Shown one piece after another: positions 7,944 through 15,983 of a stretch of DNA of 35,903 bases. The notes under the pieces are model-generated. The model worked only from the letters and a program-made list of their open reading frames with translations, was not told the origin of the DNA and made no database searches. How positions within the stretch are numbered: position 1 is the first letter of the stretch; each line of letters opens with the position of its first letter. The DNA comes from a virus (taxonomy: Duplodnaviria; Caudoviricetes): positions 1 through 35,903 of IMG/VR virus record IMGVR_UViG_3300011444_000018; one strand, written 5' to 3'. A program made the translations under genes and the position numbers.

Positions 7944-8701
7944 ATAAGTTTGTGGGTACGGCGGTAAGTGCGTTCGATTCGCACTTCCCGCATCTCGACC
8001 GGCCGTCCTGGAATGCCGTGCTTGACTTCGTCCGGCAAAACCCGGTTGACCTCTTCGTCTTCGGCGGCGATAACCTGGACTGCGGGTCGATCAGCCACCA
8101 CACGAAGGGAAAGCCGATGTTCCGCCCGCGCGGGCAGATGAAACGCGACCTCGACGGCTTCAATCACGTCATGCTGTCCGCAATCGAGAAGATCCTCCCG
8201 CCGAACTGCACGAAAGTTTGGCTTACCGGCAATCATGAGGATTGGCTCGAACAACTCATTGAAGAGCAACCCGAGCTAGAGGGTTTGCTCAACATACCGA
8301 AATATCTCGACCTAGAAGCGCGCGGATGGCTCGTGCAACCGCAAGGCGGGCATTACAAGCGCGGTCATTTGAAATGGTTGCACGGTGACGTGCTCACGGG
8401 CGGCGTGAATGCGCCGAAGAAGGCTCTCGATACCTATGTCGAATCCGTCGTCTTCGGCCACTTCCATACGTCCGCGAGCGCGACCAAGGTCTTACCCCAC
8501 GGGAAAAAGTACAAGTGGCAAGCGTGGACAATGGGCTGTCTCGGCAAGCTTGACGCGACGTATTTGAAGCGCCGGCCGACCGGATGGCTTAATCAATTCG
8601 GCGTCACTGAGTTTTGGGGTAAGGGCTTTTTCAATCATTTTTCAGTGACGGTTATTAACGGTCGTTTCGCTTACGGCGGGCGCGCGTACGGGGGTCGATA
8701 G
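7940..8701 (+). CDS. Calcineurin-like metallophosphoesterase
   Basis: DSH, GGDNLD, GNHE, HGD and GHFH motifs. Confidence 0.9.
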   Translation: MNKFVGTAVSAFDSHFPHLDRPSWNAVLDFVRQNPVDLFVFGGDNLDCGSISHHTKGKPMFRPRGQMKRDLDGFNHVMLSAIEKILPPNCTKVWLTGNHEDWLEQLIEEQPELEGLLNIPKYLDLEARGWLVQPQGGHYKRGHLKWLHGDVLTGGVNAPKKALDTYVESVVFGHFHTSASATKVLPHGKKYKWQAWTMGCLGKLDATYLKRRPTGWLNQFGVTEFWGKGFFNHFSVTVINGRFAYGGRAYGGR

Positions 8702-9270
8702 TGATAATTGGCTTCGGGCATAAGGCGCGGCAAGGCAAGAACACCGCCGCGCTCGCCCTTCTCGAAGCTTCGCCGATTGATTCGGGCGGGCGTCTGTGTG
8801 CTTTTGCGGGCGCCCTTCGCGCCGAGGTCCGGAAAGCAATCATTCTCTACGGCAGTGCCTCGACGCTGATTAAGGAATGGAAGCGCGCCGGTGTCATGCC
8901 GGAATGGATCACCCCGGAAGTCGGGAAGCAACGGTCACTCTACCAATGGTGGGGAACGGACTTCCGGCGCGCGCAAGACGCGAACTACTGGATAAAGAAG
9001 TTTGACGCGGCCGTCAAAAACAGCGGAATTGAAATGCCGCTCGTAACCGATGTCCGCTTCCCGAATGAAGCCGAGTACGTCCGCTCGAACGGCGGAATAC
9101 TCGTCAAGGTCACCAATACAAGCAAGCCGGACTTCGATGTCCACGAGCACCCGTCCGAGCAAGCCCTCGACGGTTACGCCGGATGGCATTACGAACTTAG
9201 GGCCGCGAGTGTCGCCGAGCTACAGGCGAAGGCGCGAGCCCTTTACGAAAAGATAAGGCGGGCTGCATGA
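8701..9270 (+). CDS. Deoxynucleoside monophosphate kinase
   Basis: IIGFGHKARQGKNT, YQWWGTD, VTDVRFPNE and HPSE motifs. Confidence 0.88.
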   Translation: MIIGFGHKARQGKNTAALALLEASPIDSGGRLCAFAGALRAEVRKAIILYGSASTLIKEWKRAGVMPEWITPEVGKQRSLYQWWGTDFRRAQDANYWIKKFDAAVKNSGIEMPLVTDVRFPNEAEYVRSNGGILVKVTNTSKPDFDVHEHPSEQALDGYAGWHYELRAASVAELQAKARALYEKIRRAA

Positions 9271-9461
9271 AAGAGATTAAAGGTTACACGGTTCACCTCA
9301 TGTACGACGATTATGTCGATGTCGAGGCGGACTCGTCGAAGGCGGCTATCGCCGAAGCCAAGCAAACTATTTGGCCCGGAGACTTAGATGCTGAAATCGA
9401 GTCCGAGTATGAAGCGGAGCTAAAGCCGGGGAGGGGAAATAGTGCTTTATCTGGATCTTGA
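9267..9461 (+). CDS. Small acidic hypothetical protein
   Basis: ATGA coupling; VEADSSKAAIAEA pattern seen in small phage proteins. Confidence 0.6.
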   Translation: MKEIKGYTVHLMYDDYVDVEADSSKAAIAEAKQTIWPGDLDAEIESEYEAELKPGRGNSALSGS

Positions 9462-10257
9462 GACCTACTCGGACTTAGATATCCGGAAGGTATCGCTCGA
9501 CCGATATGCGGCGCATCCGAGCACGAGAATTTTGATGTGTGCCTACGCCTTCGACGAAGGCCCGGTAGAGATATGGGAAGAGGGCGCGCCCGGTCTTGCG
9601 GCGCTACAGGCGGCTATGAAAGTAGATGTATGTGTCGCGTGGAACGTCGGCTTTGAGCGCGCGCTCATGCGTCGTGTTTGGGGTATTACGGGGCTCGATT
9701 GGCGGGACGCGATGGTCGAGGCGCTCTATGCGGGACTGCCGGCCGGATTGAAAGACTGTAACCGGGTGCCGTTCTTTGCTACTGAGTCCGAGACTTCTAA
9801 AGAGACTCTGCTAATCAACAAGTTCTGCAAGCCGTCTAAAACGGGCGTGAAACATGACCGTAATACCGACCCGGAAGACTGGCAAGCATTTTGTCAGTAT
9901 TGCAAGGACGACGTACACGACACCCGGCTCATCTTGCAATGGTTGATGAAACGTTTCGAGATGCCGGAGCGCGTCCGGCGCGGATGGCTTATGGATCAAG
10001 AAGTAAATGAGCGCGGCCTTCCGGTTGACCGTTTTCTTACGTACCGCGCGCTAGAAGAGGCGCAACGGTTACAGGCGAAATGCGCCGAGGATCTCAAGAT
10101 ATTGACCGGGCTTGAGAATCCGAACTCGCCGGCGCAGTTGTTGGAGTGGGTTCGCGAGCGGGGTTACCCGTACACCGGACTCGCGAAAGAACTCGTAAAG
10201 AAGTCCCTTAACGAAGAGCCTAACCCGGAGGATAAAGCCCGTGACGATGACGAATGA
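9442..10257 (+). CDS. Family A DNA polymerase, N-terminal part (3'-5' exonuclease plus first half of thumb)
   Basis: LDLETYS (ExoI), AWNVGFER (ExoII), YCKDDV (ExoIII), NERGLPVD, NPNSPAQL; GGAGGGG RBS. Confidence 0.9.
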   Translation: MLYLDLETYSDLDIRKVSLDRYAAHPSTRILMCAYAFDEGPVEIWEEGAPGLAALQAAMKVDVCVAWNVGFERALMRRVWGITGLDWRDAMVEALYAGLPAGLKDCNRVPFFATESETSKETLLINKFCKPSKTGVKHDRNTDPEDWQAFCQYCKDDVHDTRLILQWLMKRFEMPERVRRGWLMDQEVNERGLPVDRFLTYRALEEAQRLQAKCAEDLKILTGLENPNSPAQLLEWVRERGYPYTGLAKELVKKSLNEEPNPEDKARDDDE

Positions 10258-11509
10258 AGCGCGCGAGGCGTTGCGGTTACGGCTTGCCGGGGCTAAGGCC
10301 TCAATCAAGAAGCTTCCGAAAATCCTTGAACAGTTGTCCGCCGATGACCGGCTGCGCAATCAGTACTCGTATTACAAAGCGCACACGGGCAGATGGGCGG
10401 GCAAGGGCGCACAGATGCACAACCTAAAGGCGCCGCGCACCAAGGAAGAGAAGCAATGGGTCGCGGAGGTTATCGCGATGCTTGAGGCGGGCGATCCGGT
10501 GCCGGACCTAGACAGGCTATCTATGGCGCTCCGACCGCTCATCAAGGCGCCGAAGGGTAAGAAGCTTGTGGGCGCGGACTTCAAAAGCGTCGAGAATCGC
10601 GCGCTTGCTTGGGCTTCGGGCTGCGAAGCGATGATGCAAGTGTACCGGGACGGGAAAGACCCATATATCGACTTCGCGTCCCGCATGGAAGGGTGCGATT
10701 ACTCGGAAGTCACGGCCGAGCTGCGTCAGCAGTATAAGCCGGCGACTCTCGGCGCGGGTTTCGGGCTCGGCGGCGGGAAGCTTGTACGCAAGTGCAAGTG
10801 CGCCTGTAAGTTTGTTTGGATGGTCGGCCCGGAGACACTTAAGACCAAGTGTCCGAGGTGCAGCTTAGATGTCGTCCCCGGACTCGTACAGAAGACCGGA
10901 CTATGGCGCTATGCAGAAATGATGGGGATTGACCTCTCCCAAGAACAGACTAACGCGCAAGTAGCCGGCTTCCGCGAGACGTTCATGGAAGTTGCATCGT
11001 TCTGGTATTACCTCGAAGAGGCTTTTGCGGCTTGCGTGCAGAAGAGGCGTAACCAGTACATCAACTCATCTCTTGGGTGCAAGCTTGTCTTCGTCTACAA
11101 AGACCCCGCGTTAAGGATCTTGCTGCCCTCGGGCCGCGAGTTAGTTTACCCGAACTCGTTCGCTCGGACGGAGCGGACGGAATGGGGTGGAATGAAACTC
11201 ACGCTCGGGTACGAGGCGTCGCGCGGCCACGGATGGGGCGCACATTACACGTACGGCGGGAAGCTGTGCGAGAACGTCATTCAAGCAATTGGCCTTGACC
11301 TTCTCGTCGATGCTTTCTTCCGCGTCGATGTGGACGAGCGGCTCAAGATTGTCATGCACACTCACGATGAGATAGTTGCCGAGGCGGACGAAGACGACGC
11401 CGGCGCGAAACAAAGGTTAGAGGGATACATGTCCGTCGTCGAGCCGTGGGCCGAGGGCTTGCTTATGGCGGCCGACGGATTCGAAGGGAAACGGTATGGG
11501 AAAGGTTAA
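10241..11509 (+). CDS. Family A DNA polymerase, C-terminal polymerase part
   Basis: HTGRW, QMHNL, motif A ADFKSVE, motif B RQQYK...GFG, ENVIQ, motif C HTHDE; own GGAGG at 10227-10231. Confidence 0.92.
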   Translation: MTMTNEAREALRLRLAGAKASIKKLPKILEQLSADDRLRNQYSYYKAHTGRWAGKGAQMHNLKAPRTKEEKQWVAEVIAMLEAGDPVPDLDRLSMALRPLIKAPKGKKLVGADFKSVENRALAWASGCEAMMQVYRDGKDPYIDFASRMEGCDYSEVTAELRQQYKPATLGAGFGLGGGKLVRKCKCACKFVWMVGPETLKTKCPRCSLDVVPGLVQKTGLWRYAEMMGIDLSQEQTNAQVAGFRETFMEVASFWYYLEEAFAACVQKRRNQYINSSLGCKLVFVYKDPALRILLPSGRELVYPNSFARTERTEWGGMKLTLGYEASRGHGWGAHYTYGGKLCENVIQAIGLDLLVDAFFRVDVDERLKIVMHTHDEIVAEADEDDAGAKQRLEGYMSVVEPWAEGLLMAADGFEGKRYGKG

Positions 11510-11512
11510 ACG

Positions 11513-12250
11513 ATGATTACTCTAATCACGGGACTAGTCGGAAGCAAGTACGGGAAATATGTCCTGGAAATTGCATTGGTCGCTGGTCTTATCTTCGGCG
11601 CTTACAAGTGGGCCGAAGACCGCGGAAAGAAAGTACAGAAGGACCGCGACGACCAAGCGCACTCCGTTGAGATTGAGAAGAGCCGGAAAGAATCCTCGGA
11701 CCTGAAAGACCGGCTCGTCGCTCAAGCCAACGATAAGGCGACCGCCGCCGAGGCTAATGCGGCCGGGGCGCGCGCCCAATTTGCTCAACTTGCCGGCGTC
11801 TTGGCCACTCTGGACGCTCGGTCAACGCAGGGCCGCGAACAGGTAAGCAAATTGGCGGATTCGGAACTGCACGCGGACATCGTTTCTAAATTGGGCTTGC
11901 GCCGGGCGAACGATTTAACGCCGGGGTACTCCGCGCAAGAAGAGCGCAGCATCGACAATACCGTCACGCAATACCCGATTGAGCTAGACAAGAACAAGAC
12001 ACTCGCGGCGCAAGTCGGCCGGAAAGACGCCGAGGCAAAAGCGAACAAAGACGCGGCGGACGCCCGGCAACAGGCGTTCCAAGCCGACGAGGCGTATATT
12101 TTGCTCCTGTCCAAATATTATGTGGACATTTGGAATCAGCACGCGCCACATCGACGGGAGGCGAAATGCTTGTACTTGTGGGGGTGCGGTCGCGCAACGA
12201 TCAACATAGACCCGCCTAAGAAAGGGACGGCCGGAGGATCTAAAGATTGA
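11513..12250 (+). CDS. Membrane-anchored coiled-coil protein, i-spanin-like
   Basis: N-terminal TM helix, long Ala/Lys/Glu-rich helical region, C-terminal Cys pair. Confidence 0.45.
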   Translation: MITLITGLVGSKYGKYVLEIALVAGLIFGAYKWAEDRGKKVQKDRDDQAHSVEIEKSRKESSDLKDRLVAQANDKATAAEANAAGARAQFAQLAGVLATLDARSTQGREQVSKLADSELHADIVSKLGLRRANDLTPGYSAQEERSIDNTVTQYPIELDKNKTLAAQVGRKDAEAKANKDAADARQQAFQADEAYILLLSKYYVDIWNQHAPHRREAKCLYLWGCGRATINIDPPKKGTAGGSKD

Positions 12251-12543
12251 CACCTAACCAACGGGAAGGCAGCAAGTGTTCTTTCTATCTGGACGGTTGG
12301 CGCTTCGGAATCATTATCAAGATACCGAGCAAGGGTCTTCAGAAAGGTATGGTCCGCGTTGAAGTCCCTTTCACAACCCGCCCGCGCTATTGGGTCGCAG
12401 AACACGATGTTAACGAAGTGGGAGACACAACTTACCACGGCCCGAAGGCGCTAGAGGCTTTCCAGGAAAAACAAGAGAAGAAGGCCGCCGAGCAAGCATT
12501 GGTGGACAAGAAAATCAAGAAGGTTCGGAGGTTTCACAGATGA
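12247..12543 (+). CDS. Hypothetical protein
   Basis: TTGA coupling and GGAGG RBS. Confidence 0.65.
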   Translation: MTPNQREGSKCSFYLDGWRFGIIIKIPSKGLQKGMVRVEVPFTTRPRYWVAEHDVNEVGDTTYHGPKALEAFQEKQEKKAAEQALVDKKIKKVRRFHR

Positions 12544-12683
12544 CGAAGCACGCAAAAATAAGCTACGCGAAAAGCGCGGTCCGGATTGCCGGGTACATGC
12601 TGCTTTTCTTATCAATCAAGGTCGCCGCCATAGTCTTGATTGTCTCGGAAGTCGTCGGCATAGTGGAGGAACTCGGACTATGA
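12540..12683 (+). CDS. 47-aa membrane protein, not in the ORF track
   Basis: MTKHAKISYAKSAVRIAGYMLLFLSIKVAAIVLIVSEVVGIVEELGL; GGAGG RBS; ATGA coupling at both ends. Confidence 0.65.
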   Translation: MTKHAKISYAKSAVRIAGYMLLFLSIKVAAIVLIVSEVVGIVEELGL

Positions 12684-13198
12684 TAGTTGTCAATTTGTTT
12701 GGTGGACCGGGCGTTGGTAAGTCAACCGTCGCGGCCATGCTCTTTGCACACTACAAGCGGCGCGGGCTCCGCGCGGAATTGGCGCGGGAGGTCGCAAAAG
12801 AGTTGCTCTATCAAGGCCGCCCGCTCGCGCGTAATCAAATACTTATACTGGGTATGCAATATCAAACGCTTAAGGATTACGAGGCAGCGGGTACAGATTT
12901 AGTTATCTCTGATAGCCCCCTCAGACTCAACCTGATTTATGCGGATAATGGTTTAGGTAATTCACTTTATCACCCACTTTGTGCGCTCGTTCGTGGAATG
13001 CAGATGGAGTTTAAAGAGGTGGACGTGTTGCTCAAGCGTGCTGTTCCATATCAGGATCACGGGCGTACGCAAGGGGCAGAAGAAGAAGCGCGGGAGATTG
13101 ACGCGCGTATAACGGGATCATTTGATGTGGTGCTAGAGTCTCCCACGCCTTCGGAAGTCATCCGGATGCTCGACCCTCTTATGCCCGCATTCCGTTAA
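12680..13198 (+). CDS. P-loop nucleotide kinase/ATPase (NadR/AAA_28-like)
   Basis: VNLFGGPGVGKST, EVAKE, VISDSP and GRTQ motifs. Confidence 0.82.
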   Translation: MIVVNLFGGPGVGKSTVAAMLFAHYKRRGLRAELAREVAKELLYQGRPLARNQILILGMQYQTLKDYEAAGTDLVISDSPLRLNLIYADNGLGNSLYHPLCALVRGMQMEFKEVDVLLKRAVPYQDHGRTQGAEEEAREIDARITGSFDVVLESPTPSEVIRMLDPLMPAFR

Positions 13199-13228
13199 GA
13201 AAACCGAAAGGTATGGGAGGTTTCACAG

Positions 13229-13432
13229 ATGGGTGAGTTTGTTAATACGAAAGAGCTAGCAAGCGCGCTAGGCATCAGCCGTGAGGCGGCGCGCTTGCTC
13301 ATGAAGAAGACGCGAGGGGTTGTGACTTTACCGGCATTGAACGGCGACGGTATACGCGAGACGCGCCGAATGCCTCTTAAGGTGTTGGACGCGCTGATTG
13401 TGTCGCGAGGCAGGAACCGTGAGACCAAGTAA
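13229..13432 (+). CDS. Small winged-HTH DNA-binding protein, excisionase-like
   Basis: TKELASALGISREAARLL HTH; basic, 67 aa; near the integrase. Confidence 0.6.
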   Translation: MGEFVNTKELASALGISREAARLLMKKTRGVVTLPALNGDGIRETRRMPLKVLDALIVSRGRNRETK

Positions 13433-13784
13433 ACCCCGCCGCAGCGCATTTCTTTTTGTCAGTGATCGACCATGCTTTCCTTTGCTCTTCGCGGGCCGCC
13501 AGTTCGGCCGCCATTTCCTTTTCCGTTTGTTCTTGGACGGCCTTGAGCTGAGCTAAACGCGCCTGTAAGTCCTCAGTGTCCGCAATCATCATGTCTTTGT
13601 AAGTCTTCTCCGTAATGGCGACCTCGCGGGCGCTGTCGTGGGTGAGTTCGGTTTTGGTATACGCGTCCCCGACATGACAGAGCATGATGTCTTGGTCTCC
13701 GTGATGATACAGGGTCGTGCAAGCCGATTCCGATTGCCCGATAGCGGCCGTTGAAAGCATCAAAACGAATAGCGCGGTTTTCAT
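13377..13784 (-). CDS. Secreted protein (moron)
   Basis: Signal peptide MKTALFVLMLSTAAIG, two Cys pairs, AAGGAG RBS, own promoter. Confidence 0.7.
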   Translation of the reverse strand: MKTALFVLMLSTAAIGQSESACTTLYHHGDQDIMLCHVGDAYTKTELTHDSAREVAITEKTYKDMMIADTEDLQARLAQLKAVQEQTEKEMAAELAAREEQRKAWSITDKKKCAAAGFTWSHGSCLATQSARPTP

Positions 13785-13808
13785 ATATTCTCCTTACTTG
13801 ACTCGTGA

Positions 13809-13838
13809 ATTATAACGTCGTTTTTCGTTTTCAGTCAA
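13809..13838 (-). promoter_or_regulatory. Sigma70-like promoter TTGACT-N18-TATAAT
   Basis: Near-perfect hexamers directly upstream of 13784. Confidence 0.7.
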
Positions 13839-13853
13839 TGTTACTTTGGTTTT

Positions 13854-14279
13854 TTAATACGCCTTCGCACAGACAAATCCGGGCGGGCAATTCGAGGGAG
13901 AAATAACAGTATGTGGCGTTGTCCGCCGAGAATTGTATACAGCCCAAGAGGTTTCAACGCCCGTGACGGTGAAGTTTAGCACGTGTCGCATCTTCGCGTG
14001 GTTGCGGAGAAGGTAGTTCGCGCCGATGAGCGCGCCAAAAGATCCGGCGAAATATGCGGACGAACCGGCGTTCGAGCGGACGAACGGGCGGGCAATGGGG
14101 TTGCGTTCCCCAAATCCGCGGGCCGAAATCGTGCGGGTTGTCCAACCGTCGGCAGCTATGGAAGCCCCGGCTATGGACATCTCAAGCGAAAATGTCCGCG
14201 TAAATAGTGGGTTAGATTTAGGCCGTTCTTGAGCAAAAAGAGTCGTGGATATCAGCATTGCGATGAGTAGCGTTTTCAT
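13854..14279 (-). CDS. Exported/membrane protein (DUF5658-like D..TT...GE.NP motif)
   Basis: Start moved to ATG 14279 with AGGAGAG RBS; signal peptide; ADGWTT...GERNPIARPF; hydrophobic helices. Confidence 0.6.
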   Translation of the reverse strand: MKTLLIAMLISTTLFAQERPKSNPLFTRTFSLEMSIAGASIAADGWTTRTISARGFGERNPIARPFVRSNAGSSAYFAGSFGALIGANYLLRNHAKMRHVLNFTVTGVETSWAVYNSRRTTPHTVISPSNCPPGFVCAKAY

Positions 14280-15465
14280 TTCTCTCCTGTTTCGCGTCAG
14301 TCTTCCAAGTCTCATAAGCGGCCTCGACAATCGACCCTAGCCGCTCCTGTCTAATACGAATCCATGGGGAGTAGTGTTGTTGAGTCACCATGATGTTCTT
14401 ATGGCCTAGCAGCGCGGCCACATCTTCGGTCGCCATCCCGCGAGTAAAGCACCACACAGCAAACGTATCTCTTAGCATGTGCGAGCGGAAGGGTAGCACC
14501 TGCCCGTTCTCGTCCTTCAAGTCTGCGATTTCGCCAACCCGGCGATACGCCATCCAATACCGCTCATATGTCTGCTGAAATGCTTCCTTTCCATTCCAGA
14601 ATATGTACCGTTCACTTAAGCGTGGCGCGGCAAGGATCTCCGTCCCTATTTCCGGCGCGAGGGACACATACACGTCAACGCCCGTCTTAGCCCGGCGAAG
14701 AAAGAGCCTATACCATCCGGACGGCATCTTTTTAAACCGCGTATGCTCAAGCATGATTGCGTCTTTAATAGCAAGCCCACTCCATCTTTGCAAGAGTACG
14801 AGCGCTCGCAACCTTTTGATATCGTCCGGGCTACGATGTGTAAGGCCGTCAATCATGGCAAGCATGACCGCGAATTGTTCGTCATTGAGCGCAATTGTGG
14901 GCGCCACATCCCGAGACCCTTTTATAAATTCCAATCCGAGGGCCGGATTGCGGTCTAATAACTCGGACTTGACGGCCCATATAAATAGCCCCTGGAGATA
15001 GGCTTGATACAGCCGTTTGGTTGCGGGCGCCGCGGCCCACGTTGCGCGCCATTGCTCCAGGTCGGCCCGCTTAACGTCCTTTAGATAGATGAGGCCGCGT
15101 TGCGTTAGGAACGTCTCAAGCCGCTTGTGCAAGATGAGCCGGGCGCGGCTAAGAGACTTGGGCGCGTATCCCGTCGCGGTCTTGCTCTTCAGGTACAAGT
15201 CGATTGCATCGGTTATCGTCGCGCTTTCCGGCTCGCCGGAGGCAACCGCCTCGAAACCTATTTGCTTCTTCGTGGCGAGCCGCTCGGCTTCTTGGTAATC
15301 GTTCGTGTCCGCTGATATGACCCGTTCCTTACCGCCTTCATACCAGTACAGAGCCTTCGGACAAGCGCAACGCAGATATGCCTTACCCTCGGGCCGGCTC
15401 GCGCACTCGGCGCGGTGACGACTGATGACTTTCACGCGGGGAACTTCGCGGGCGGTCTTAGCCAC
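14218..15465 (-). CDS. int: Tyrosine integrase
   Basis: RAKTG, HMLRDTFA, LLGH, QQHY catalytic motifs; SAM-like core-binding region; N-terminal RH...C...CACP arm domain; GTG 15465 with GAGGT RBS. Confidence 0.92.
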   Translation of the reverse strand: MAKTAREVPRVKVISRHRAECASRPEGKAYLRCACPKALYWYEGGKERVISADTNDYQEAERLATKKQIGFEAVASGEPESATITDAIDLYLKSKTATGYAPKSLSRARLILHKRLETFLTQRGLIYLKDVKRADLEQWRATWAAAPATKRLYQAYLQGLFIWAVKSELLDRNPALGLEFIKGSRDVAPTIALNDEQFAVMLAMIDGLTHRSPDDIKRLRALVLLQRWSGLAIKDAIMLEHTRFKKMPSGWYRLFLRRAKTGVDVYVSLAPEIGTEILAAPRLSERYIFWNGKEAFQQTYERYWMAYRRVGEIADLKDENGQVLPFRSHMLRDTFAVWCFTRGMATEDVAALLGHKNIMVTQQHYSPWIRIRQERLGSIVEAAYETWKTDAKQERNENATHRNADIHDSFCSRTA

Positions 15466-15736
15466 GGGGCACCTCGGGTAATAGAACCTCAAAACCGGCC
15501 CGCAGCTTTTCATCTAGCGGGTAAATATCGGGGTTGCAAGTGGCTTCAAAACAAGCGAGGCAAAGGTTGGCCCTTAGCCCGTAATGTCTAACTCTTATAT
15601 CTGCGTGGCCATTATCGCATCCGCCCGGAGGGTGTCCGCAGATCAGGGGCGAGTCAATATACTCACAGTCGCAACGCTTTCCCCGGTTAATAATCGCTAA
15701 AGCTTCAAGGTCCATTCCCATCACAGCACCCCTCAT
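15458..15736 (-). CDS. Cys-rich hypothetical protein co-transcribed with the integrase
   Basis: CDCE...CGH...CLAC; start 15736 or 15721; overlaps the integrase start. Confidence 0.55.
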   Translation of the reverse strand: MRGAVMGMDLEALAIINRGKRCDCEYIDSPLICGHPPGGCDNGHADIRVRHYGLRANLCLACFEATCNPDIYPLDEKLRAGFEVLLPEVPRG

Positions 15737-15754
15737 GTTTTCTCCGTGTAATTT

Positions 15755-15980
15755 TGAACCGTACAAAATCGCCTTACACGCCAATTCTACCGCTTTAACG
15801 GTACTTGTCAAGTGTTTATTTTAAATGGACTTATTACCAAAGTGCTAAAATAACACAAGTGTTGCGAGGGAACGCAAACGCGTGTTGAAAGGACGTAAGT
15901 TATTGATTCGCTATGCCATATAGGCCACATATGCCACATATCCAACGTTTGAGGCGTACACAATCGTACAATACTCGGAC
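15755..15980. other. Putative attP region
   Basis: AT-rich non-coding DNA beside int; exact IHF consensus (AATCAATAACTTA, minus strand 15896-15908); tandem GCCA(C)ATAT repeats; CGTACA(A/C)AATCG at about 15760 and 15956. Confidence 0.55.
15784..15811 (-). promoter_or_regulatory. Sigma70-like promoter TTGACA-N16-TAGAAT for the integrase operon
   Basis: Near-consensus hexamers; spacer overlaps palindrome ACCG-N6-CGGT. Confidence 0.6.
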
Positions 15981-15983
15981 AAA

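Noticed and set aside
10200-10260. Intron or intein interrupting the polymerase
   Set aside because: The two ORFs overlap and are collinear with intact PolA; there is no intervening sequence or intein terminal motif
9442-11509. DpoZ-type polymerase for a Z-base genome
   Set aside because: No PurZ, DatZ or MazZ-like gene is recognisable in the window
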